Shown here: positions 40,255 through 51,050 of the stretch, one piece after another
Layout: each line of letters starts with the position of its first letter
Position numbering within the stretch: the first letter of the stretch is position 1
DNA from: Phoronis australis
Taxonomy: Eukaryota > Animalia > Phoronida
Length of the DNA stretch: 64,000 bases
NCBI GenBank assembly: GCA_002633005.1
Contig: NMRA01000100.1
Coordinates: forward strand, 82,497-146,496
Reading direction: 5' to 3'
Translations under genes and position numbers: made by a program
The notes under the pieces: generated by a model
Database searches by the model: none
What the model saw: the letters and a program-made list of their open reading frames with translations, nothing else
Told to the model about the DNA's origin: nothing

Positions 40255-40500
40255 CTAACAGGGGTTCTGCATTTTAAAAATCAAGTTTTCTTCACTATCT
40301 AAACAACACGTGTCGAACTGGTTCTCAAAATCTGGGAGCCCCTGTAAATGACTATTGCCCATGTCTATTATGCACAATGAAATACTGGTAATGGTCTGAT
40401 ATAAGATGCCCAAATTTTGAGAACCAGTTTTCCCCATTAAATAATGGGCATCAAACTGGTTCTCAAAATGCGTGCACATTATATCAGACTATTGCCGAAA
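40255..40500. repeat. Dispersed repeat with internal palindromic units (TTTTGAGAACCAGTTT / AAACTGGTTCTCAAAA); inverted copy at about 57038-57160
   Basis: TGGTCTGATATAA..TGCCC.AATTTTGAGAACCAGTTT and ATCAAACTGGTTCTCAAAAT recur reverse-complemented at 57068-57144. Confidence 0.75.
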
Positions 40501-42187
40501 CACCTAACAAAGACTCATGGACATTTCGTAAATACAGAAAGATTCGTTTCCTCAACAATACTTTTTCAAAATAAACAAATACACTAATAATTCTTTTCCC
40601 TTACAGTAAAAAGAAAAAGACATCTAATGACTGCACAAACCCTGAAACAGTATTTTTAAGCTTTTCAAAACCTAAATCACCAGCACCAAATAAATAATAT
40701 ACATAATCCTTAACTCTATCTATTTTCAGTGTTCTTAAGAACAATAATCAAGGCCCACATGCTGAGTGGGTGCAAGAACGAATTTGTCCAACAAAAAATT
40801 GTCTTTCCATTGACGTTACTCCCCACTGACGCCACATCACCAGCAGTCTAATCACATAGTTGCTCAACCAATCGTTCTCTATCTCCCTCTCCATCCCCTC
40901 CCCCTCCCCATCACCCTGCAGCCTACAGTTCTGTCTGACACACAAAAAATACTATCCAGGCCAATCACATAATGCTGTGATATATATTCATACGCCCGAC
41001 TAATTCCATAATTTACCAAACTGAATATGGTCACTGAGGGAAAGAGAAACCCCCCAAAAATTTAGCTTCCTGATTTTCTATTTGTGAGACCCGGTCTCGT
41101 GCATAAAAAACGAACTAAGTTATTAGTTAACTGTCTATAACCCTGCATTTGGACGTCACAAAACTAAATCTCGATCTTGACCACTTACCCCTACAAGAAC
41201 AGCCTCGATCTGTTCCTGACTCAGATGAGGAATGATTTCTGGTTTGCAGCACGACTGACACTTCGGGACGGCCTGAGATCATGACATGACCACAGCAAAC
41301 CAACTTATTGAGTCAGACATCAAGCAATAATGCAATACAAAGTCTTCTCAAGTCCAGGAATAAACCTCTAATCTGAATAAGGAACAACTTCAGACTTTTC
41401 TACAGTCTATACGTTGACTAGACACTGTTAAACTCCAATTGGCTAAAACCTCTCACGTCATTGAGCACAAAATAAAGCCTTCTCATTGGCCAGAATATAA
41501 GCCAGACCTTTTACCCCAGTTGTCTCTTGCCTAAACAAAGTGTTCTTGCACAACGAGATTTCAAGCGCGCCTATGTGACGAAGCCACCTCTCTGTAACAA
41601 AAATGTTACACAACAGAGACGAGTTTACCTCCCTAAACATGCAACTGTTGAGACATGTAGCATGTTAGCAAGGAACTATCCAAGGCACAATTTATAACTG
41701 TTACAGTAAGTGCCAGTCAGTTTTTTAATGGAGTGCAGGTTTATAGTCACTTTCACTTTGAATTACATTACATTTCTAAGTAAAATATTTCTATTTTTTA
41801 TGAACATGAACATTACTCCCCATATTTAAGATTTTTTCAACATCCGAATTAAAGAAAGTTTTAATACATAAAAAGCAAACAGTAGCTTATCCAGAAAATT
41901 CATTGTGCAACCCCATTTACATACCATTACAAGTATAAATATATTGCTTAACACCATTTTCAGATGTGACTTGATACAGTACGTCTGCAAACATAAAACA
42001 CGACGAAATGACTAGAAATATGGAATTGCACAAGCAAATCACATTACACCCCAAAAATTTGATATGTGACAGAAATACCACATAAAATGCGGCAAAAAAA
42101 TACAAAACCCATGCCCACGCAAATACAAACCGTGAAAAACACCAAAACCTTATTCCTATATATATATTCGTCTGACTTTATAAAAAT

Positions 42188-45100
42188 CTAGAATGTCTTG
42201 TCTTTTACTTCGGGCTCAATTGCTTCAACATCAACTCCTTTGTTATCTTCTCTGAAAAGATAAAAAATCTATATGATGTAAAAGTCAAAATGATTATGAG
42301 AATGACATTCCATTACAACGACAGTGGGAACCACAAAAAAAAAACAGTGCAGGTGGCTTGATGTCGTTTGCGGTGCATCAGACGTGCGCGGGCTTGGCAG
42401 TTGGGCCCATTGCAAAAAACACCTGAGCTAGGAACCACAAACACAATACATAACATTTGACTTGACCAGTGTCAAATCTTTACCTCAACGTAAAATTTTG
42501 CTACTTTTACATCTTCATTTATTTAGCACACAACATGGCTGACAAGTGAAATCGTTACACACCCGCGTTGTCGGACGAGTATCCCGATTTCACCGATCAA
42601 TTAGTCGGGAAAAAGCCGTGTCGTTGCCAGTTTGACAGCGTTAACAAGGGGAGAAACTCGCAGCATACTCGTGTTAACATAGTCATGCTCTGTCGTTGTC
42701 TGCGTTCATCAGATAAACTCACGTAATCCAGCAATTACGTTATAAACAGCACGCATGACGCTAACGGATATTTAAAAAATACTTTTTCCAAATGACGCTC
42801 AACAAATGTTTTGAAGAAGATGTGTTTTGTATGAAATACTATCACCAAAAAACTTTGAACAAAAAAACGGTTGACTTTCAGAGAAATTAATTAGACTTAA
42901 CTTTCACCAGCTAATTCCTTTGTGTGACTGTAAGCCTGACCCGCTTACTGCCACAGCATTGTGTACCAACACAATAGGCTTGTTTGTCAAGCTTAATCGA
43001 ACGTGATACTAGATCAGATCGTGATGTTGGAAATTTTTTGGGTTTAACAGTCCAGGGGAATGGTACGTAACGTCTATTCTGTTAAATTTCTCCACACAGC
43101 AAGCACAGACTGTAAACGTGTAGATGTCATAAAGCTGCAGCAACATTTGCTGAAACTCCAATTATTTGCAAAGAGGTAAATCAGCCTTTGAAAAATGACC
43201 ATTTTGGCGATTATTTTTCTGCAAAATAAGCGGAGACTTACCGTAATCCTTAATTTTCATAATCTTAAAAGATGCTAACAGAAAAAGAGCACAAATTATC
43301 ACATTAAACGACAGGTGCAAAAAAATTCCATTTTGCGGTTCAAATGCGGGCCCCTAGAATTCATACAGGGGACCTTGCACTTGACACCAAAAGTAAAATT
43401 TTGGCATATGGCATTTTAACAATAATACATTTATAAAAAGGAGTTTTTGATTCATTTTTATTACAGGAATATATTGAGATCAGAAAACTGCTCAGCAGCA
43501 AGGAGAATCGGTTGGAAAAGAGTCCCGAGTAATGGACTGAATGACTATGTAACTTCAAGCCTGTTGATATTTTGAATTACTTGACAAGTGAGCTTCAGCC
43601 CCATATTCCCCAATCAGCAAGTAGCTCATGTCAGATCCTTAGCCTGGTGGATTTTATATATTTGTGCACTGAAGAAATCCCCTAGGCTAAGGATCTGACA
43701 CGAGCAACCTCCATTTTCCACTCTAACAAGAAAGATGAAGACATTTTAAATCTTCATAGACATCTTACCCTCCCTCTTCATCTACAGGAGCAGTTGGCTG
43801 AGTTGATGGCTCAGTGGATGGTGGTTGTCGTGGATACAATCCAGCAGCTCCGTATTTTTTAGGAGGGACGAACTGCAAACGAGATATTGAGATGTCTTAT
43901 TCTACCACCAGATCTTAACTAGAAAAATAAACAATATTCAAATTTAATTGGAAAAATACATTATTCACTTGAATGAACAGCACACTGCAAGAACATTAAT
44001 TCTCTGACCTAAAGAGCAATTCAATATTCATATTCAGGCAAATCACAAGTATTCAGTACTGTATAAAGTCAACAATAATGTGTGCAAAACGGGACACCTA
44101 ACTGTAACCATTACTAACTATTCCCTATACATTTTAAGAAATAACCGTTGATTTAGCTCATTGTGCTGTAGTAAAAGTTAGTAATGAAAATTAGATGCTC
44201 CCCCATCTTTCAGATCACTGGTTCACCGTGTCACCAAAGGGTGTCACTAGTTTCAGGACAAGAAAAGTAGAGTTGTTCAAATTAATACTTACAGGTTTGC
44301 GACTTTTAGCCCGTCGTACAATGTAGCAGAGGATGCATGCCAGAAATATTCCAACGCCAGTAACGAGGATTCCAAATAGGAATAATGCCAAACCAAAGTA
44401 TCCGAGACCCCTGGAAAACAAACAGTTGAACATGGAACAAAGTGTAGACCTCCTCAAGGAGTTGTGTAAACACACTCAAGCTAAATATATGCTAATCAAA
44501 ATTAGGGGCCAGTATACAGAGCTGGCTGTCGCGAGTCACACAGGTCAATGCGAGTTACTCCCACACAATGAGGCAAAATGATCACTGATGCGTAAACTTC
44601 ATGTACAGGTATGTCTGGAGTAATCAGCGTAAAGGTAGTACACATAATTATAATGAGCCAGTGAGAGACTTGTTGTCGTCAGGTGACGCAATTCTAAATT
44701 TTCATTCTTTACGGAAAGTAATCGGCTAAGTACAAAGCTGACCTTGAGGATTTATGCCTGCCATGATCTCAGCCCATTTGCATTCGAGACACAAAACTCT
44801 CCATCTACACTGGACTAGGATACCCATACGTACAAGGACAACACAACAAATACCGATCTTTAGACTACAGTGTGCTGCACAACCTGCAGAGTTCTGAATG
44901 TGGTTGTTTTCAAGGTACAATCTGCATTTTGTCAAAAAATATCTTATCATTATAAAACAGGTCTCAGCTCTTGTTTGTGTCAAAAGTTGAGACTAGCTTT
45001 ATCTAAAACTCTATGGAGTAGTAACATGGCTCTGTTTTTTTAATACACCTTTCCTGATTAGACTTAAAAAGACTGTGGAACAAATAAGTTGACACACTGT

Positions 45101-46146
45101 TTAAGTAGAAAGAATTGACACCACGTGAACTTGATTATTGTGTTTTGAAGTTTGTGAGTACAGTTTGACCTTATAACTAGAGATGCTTATATATATCTAT
45201 GGAAAATTTTGCTTGAAAATGAAACAGTACATGTCAATTTTCCACGCTCACAAAATATTCAACATATAAATGCAATTCCGTGGACAATAAACCCAATACT
45301 GTAAGTCAGGTAAATGACCACCCCAGGTCTTCAGAAACTTTAAAATAATCTTTGAATATCCATGCCATAGCTTAAAGTAGATTTTCACAATTTAAATGGC
45401 CAAATATGACATTAATCATTACGGCGTTTTCCCGTTGATCTCAACTTTTTTTACCGCTGTAGCCAATATCTTACACGACTGATTAACTCCATTCTGGCAT
45501 TGATGGTTGGAGGGCCAGCTCTCTTTTGTTCGATAATTGCTCTAATCTCCAATAAGATCATAACTACCCTGACTGGGCTGTGCTATTAAAAATAAAAGTT
45601 TATAAGTTATAACATAATCGAACATCAACCAATAGCACTTCAGAATTCCTCGTCAAATGCTGATCATGTTTAGTTTTTGAATCGCCAAAATCGCCCGACA
45701 ACAACCGAAGTTACGACAATCTATTCTTTCTGAACGTACCAATTCGCTTTGGGTTTGACCGTGTTCACAGGTGGACTGTAATAAACCAGGTAGATAATTG
45801 GCTTGCCTGTTGTCATACCAGACAAAAGACTTTGCTTGGCAGTAAACAAAGGAGCTAGATGTTAACACACGCTCACAACCCTCTACGTCTGATAAAGTCA
45901 CTGAACGGGACAACGCCGTAATGTCTCCACGTAGGGGGAAAGCTGGATCCAAGCTATCTACGAAGAAGTGACTGACCTTTCCCATCTCTGCGTGTTGTTC
46001 CAGTACTTGACAAAGAAGGCCATGAACAGTATGCCGACGATGATGGCTAGGATGCCGACCACATGCCAACCCACGCTGCACCGACAGATCTTTGTCCACT
46101 TCCGGCGGATCTCCGCAGGAGTGTTCGCGTTGCCAATAGTTACCAT
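42188..46146 (-). CDS. Uncharacterised two-transmembrane protein, paralog A (151 aa); exons 46146-45977, 44410-44293, 43872-43769, 42251-42188
   Basis: Spliced translation MVTIGNANTPAEIRRKWTKICRCSVGWHVVGILAIIVGILFMAFFVKYWNNTQRWERGLGYFGLALFLFGILVTGVGIFLACILCYIVRRAKSRKPFVPPKKYGAAGLYPRQPPSTEPSTQPTAPVDEEGGEDNKGVDVEAIEPEVKDKTF*. Canonical splice sites and exon-by-exon homology to 35187-38498. Confidence 0.88.
43621..43708. repeat. 88-bp hairpin (34-bp arms) in intron 3 of paralog A; hairpin MITE or pre-miRNA-like
   Basis: GTAGCTCATGTCAGATCCTTAGCCTGGTGGATTT ... AAATCCCCTAGGCTAAGGATCTGACACGAGCAAC. Confidence 0.85.
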
Positions 46147-49100
46147 GACAGCGAACTTGACACCCAGCACTGACACTTACTTGTTAGACAGCAATCTACG
46201 TGCAGTTAGCAAAGCATACAATTCTAAGATAAGAGACCCCTGGTGGTTCTTCCCACAGTTGGTTGGTAGGGATGTGCTGCTAAGTCACTTGCGGGAAGGT
46301 ACTGGCATTGTAATAGAGAGGTTTTAATCACTTGGCACTGAGTTTCCCAGTTGCCCCACCAATGGTCTGAATTTTAAATAATGTGACAGCCCCGCCCACC
46401 ATTATGTGGAAGAACCTCCGGGAAATAGGCTAGACTCCACCGTGCATCGCACCAACAGATTCGGCACATAGATGATGTACTATTAATACCAATGTGCTAC
46501 GGTCTGTCAGCTCCCAACAGACTTTCCGAATTGATGAACACATGATGGAGTTCAAGCCACGAGTCAGTACAAGCAATCAAGGCACAGATAAGACAAACAT
46601 GTTGAACAGAAATTCAAAGCAACTTAATACAACTAATACAAGAAGCCATATTATTTATCACATTTCTCAAACTAAACATCAGCAAATACATAAGACAGGA
46701 AGGTTGTGAGTAATATCAACCACAGACACTGTACGTTTTAGAGAACCATATTTCAGAAAGATACCTCATGATACACTAGCATGTAGTCATCTCATCCACC
46801 CAGCCACATGATACTGGTACCTGCACACACATGTATATAGCTGGCAGCTACAGTCGTTGACAAAAGCACATAAATAAAGGCATGGCAAGCCACACAGACT
46901 TTAGACATAGGCAGCCATAGCAGATGCAATTAGCAATAATATTTCCAAGGATGGACATATGTTTAAGAAGTGGGTACTAGATTAATTTAGATATATGCAG
47001 ATTTATTGAGGCTCAGCAAGATGAAAGCCTAGACTTTGGATATGGTAAGCATGATTTAATTTTGAAGAGAGCTTCTTTGAAAAAGTCACCCTTGCATGTC
47101 TAGAGTTTTCCTATAACATTTGCAGCAATTGTAAACCCTGCAAGATGCTGGATAACTGAACTAAAATGAACCCACCTTTAGACCATAATCATTTGAAAAT
47201 TATTAAAAAAAAATTGACATAAAGACTTCTGTATAATTCTGTTTCAAAAACAGACCTTTTTGTAGAGTTCCAGCCCCCAAAATGAACCTTTTAAAGCCAA
47301 GAAATAACCACAGGGAAAGAAGACACCTTTTCATAGAGAAAGTGGACATGAAAAAGTGGCCCATCTTTAGTGGCACGTCCAGTACTGCCACCTGTTGATA
47401 AGCACTCAGAATTACAGTGATTTCTGGGCGTGGAAGAACTGAAAATCATTATTGCCACAGACTGACAATACATTCAGTTGCAACCTGCGTTTATGATAGC
47501 TAAGGGACTTTTATCACACTGCAAGATATTGCAGTAACTGAATATAAAACGCCATGGCATCTTATAATATTGGATGTAATTGAGCTCATGATTATACTCC
47601 AACGCAATCTGTAAGTGTATTACGCACTTACATTATGATTATTATGACCAGCGCCACCTTTTAACACTTTTAAAAAACATATTCACTGAATCACTGCCAT
47701 AATTAGCCAACTCCAACAGTTGAGGAACTGCCTCATGACTTACTGTGACTTGCTGAAGGAAAGTCCTTAATATGGTCCTCCGTAGCAGACGTTGAATTCG
47801 ATCTCCCAAATGTTAGTTGATATAGTCTAAAATGTATAAAATTAATTTACAGTCATTAATTAGTTACCCTTGTGAAGTGTTAGAACCATGCTGTGCGTAT
47901 CGTTATGGAAAGACTGAAAATAAATTGAGAGAACACTCAGACACAATGAGTGATCTATGAGGTCATATCCGCGAAGATAGAGATCTTACGCAAATTTATC
48001 TCTGCCCGCTTTGAGTAGCCTACTGTACCAAAATCTCGAATTTAACCACGCTTGCTTAATAACATTTTAGATCATTCATTTTCGGTGAACAAAATACAAT
48101 ACCTATATTAGAAAACCTTCCAGATGCAGAGCATGGGTATAGAAAGTCAAGAGCCCCCCCATGTCCTCTTATTGTACCCCTCCCTCATCGATCCCTACCT
48201 CTCTTTATAAAGACCTATGAACTGCCAGTGTTCTCACTTAATACATTCAAACATCCTGCAGCCCCATGTTTAGTGAGCCCTGAGCCATGTTTAAGATCTT
48301 AAGCTATGTTTAAGACAAGTAATGGGAATAGTGCTGCATAGTGGTACTTATTTTCATTATTTTGCAGTGAAAATGGTGATGCCATGCCTAGCAAGTGAAA
48401 ATAATGTATATCTAATAGTTGTTTTTCTGTATTAATAGAGTGGAAATTAGGATAAAAATACAATGCGATGCGAAATTTGCATCATGTTTGAATTTTGCCC
48501 AGGAAGATCTCGGATGAAAAATGGTTTTGGGGCTTGGAAAAAATGACAGTTCATTTATTTCATTATTGTTCGAGTTCATCAAGTGCATAAAATGACCCGC
48601 CATGACTATAGCTAACTTGTGAAGCTGGGTCTCAAGAAATGGCGCCCACTAGTTTCTTTTCAAGCCCAAAATCTACCTATAATTTCACTGGGGACCAATA
48701 GCGGTAAGTTGTCTCAAATCTAAAATTAGTTTTTGAGATGTGGGGCAGGTTTATAACCACTCAAACAACGTGACCTTTTCGCAACACAGTGCATCATCCA
48801 ATCAGAACGTGTGCAATATTCACTGCGGTGGCTTTTTTGCTATCCTTCACAGTATAGTGATGAATGAGTGTAGAATTTACTGTTGGGATTCATTATCAGA
48901 CAACCATCACTGTCTCAATAGCTCGCTTTCGAAGCTGACGGTCAACCCTGGTAGTGCTTGTATAATGAAAACTTTAAGGCAAAATCATCAAGCTATAAGT
49001 AAGGTTCAAGATAGAGACATTCCCGCAGGGGAAATGCAGCTGAGATGGATGCCTTTTTCATAGTTATTCATATAAAGTTGGGTCACTTTTTACCGTTTCG

Positions 49101-50107
49101 GTATAAATTTAGGGTGTCCTTTTAGATTAAGTAGGTGAATAAATGTGATGAGAAATCACTGTTGTCGCTTGATATATGTTTCGGTCTGATAATTCTCTGC
49201 ATGTTAGCCAGGTACACTAACAGATGACTGTCACCCCCTGGTCCAGGAACACTACCTTTGGAGCAATGTTTCAAACAAAGACATTTAGAATAGAATGAAG
49301 GCTTCTGAGAGCCTATCTGGGCTAAAGCTAACAATTTTGTTCGAGAGTGAAGAAACCTGTTGGAAGGATTTAAAGAAATCAACAACCTCCAAAGGTAGCC
49401 CGGCCTCTACATGATTTCTATGGATCAGCCAAAGGTGAGCTGTACATGCCAAAAGCTTCTGTCGTACAATTGGAACTAACTATAGGCATGGGCAGCTCAG
49501 CTCTGAAAAATGGGGGAGGGAGGGGATTTATAGCCCCCCGCCCCCTGTGGTGTGCCACCCATGATAAGATAAGCCATATCTTCGCAGGTGGTGACCAGAG
49601 GTGTTCCGAGTATTGTCTATGCCAGCATTGCATGACTACGCATGACAAAAAGTCCGAGTACATACCCATGAGCCACCGGGCTATGTAACAGCCAACTGAA
49701 AGCAAAGCTGTTGTGCTTGAACTTAGAATAATGCTTCATCTCAAGATAGGGAATGTGCAAAGTTAGAATTATGTATTCATTAAAGCAATCAGGTAAAATT
49801 TGCCGTCAGTAACGAAGAACATAATTTGGTAATTAATTTTATTGATGTGAATGTTATTCAGAGTGAGCTCATTCACCAAGTTTACTTACTTATTCCAAGT
49901 TCACGTATGCCCTATATGATGAGAATCCTACAGTAAGCCTAATTCCAAGTTGAAATGTAGCAAAGCAACTGGTACAACTGTCTCAAATAGTACTAGTAGA
50001 GACGATGGTGATCCAATAGGACCTCCATACCCCAGCTTTTCATGCAGCAAAGTATACTTCAAACTAATATAAAAGCTTCTGGCGTATGAAGCGCCTATGC
50101 ATGGGAT

Positions 50108-50266
50108 CAGGGGCGGATCCAGGATTTTGAGTTGAGGGGAGGGGGGAGGCCAGGCAGAGCCACGATTTTGCTCGTCAGACATTCGCACCCCCGAACTGCC
50201 AAATGCAATCTGGGAGAATTTTAAGGGGGGCCGTGGCCCCGTGGCCCCCCTCTAACTCCGCCACTG
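50108..50266. mobile_element. Short GC-rich MITE CAGGGGCGGA...TCCGCCACTG with 5-bp TSD GGGAT; other copies at 26135-26301 and 17514-17644
   Basis: Three copies share TCAGACATTCGCACC and AATCTGGGAGAATTTT. GGGAT flanks both sides here; CGTAG/CGTAC flank the 26135 copy. Confidence 0.85.
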
Positions 50267-51050
50267 GGGATGGCTACCGTCTCGTCCACTGCCAGTTGAG
50301 ATGATGACTGACAGGCCCTCGCCTAGGCCTAGGCTAAGACTTTTGTTCAGTTGAGCACTATCACTGTCAGTAGAATACAACAGTCTCTGATTCTGAGAAT
50401 CAGGCAACCACTTATTCAGATATTGAATGTGGTTCTCTAAATCAACGATCGTATGTCTTCGACCTGCGCCTTCGTCTTTATTTGCAAAGGGATGGGCTTG
50501 ACACTGACAAGGCAACGCCAGTGGCAGTGACAAGTGACAGGGTGTGTCAGAAAACACGACAGATCCATGTTTTTATAATTTACATCAGAGCTTTGCAAAA
50601 AAGATTATATTCAATAGTAAAACTTTTAAAGAAACTCATACTCAAAACCAAAGTGAAAAGAATCAAGTCAACTGAGTATGAACAATCAACTTACTTTCTA
50701 ACGTTCACTAAAGGCGCAATGCGAAGCCAACCAAATTTAGTGGAATACCTGTTTGTCCAATAGATGTCGCAATAGTCAAACAAGAGGTAAACCATCGGCA
50801 CTTGTATTATAATTTGTACAGATACATAAAATACAAAAAAATTAAAATAGGCATATCAAGTTCAAGAAAATTAAAAAATAGCTTCGTATATCGACGACCT
50901 CTAAATTTTTGAGATTGATGATATTCAATATTATAATAAATCGCGTGCACACTTATTTGCCTGTGCTCCTGTTCCGAACATAGCCTTTTACTCGCTGATC
51001 GTCGCATGGTCGCCACGCTTTTGTCGATCTTCTCTGTTTTTAGCAAAAAA

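Noticed and set aside
45653-46327. 148-aa (-) and 119-aa (+) ORFs
   Set aside because: Alternative-frame and antisense overlaps of paralog A exon 1, with no recognisable motifs.
48740-50557. Short ORFs between paralog A and NDPK
   Set aside because: No recognisable domains or consistent splice chain; several derive from MITE sequence.
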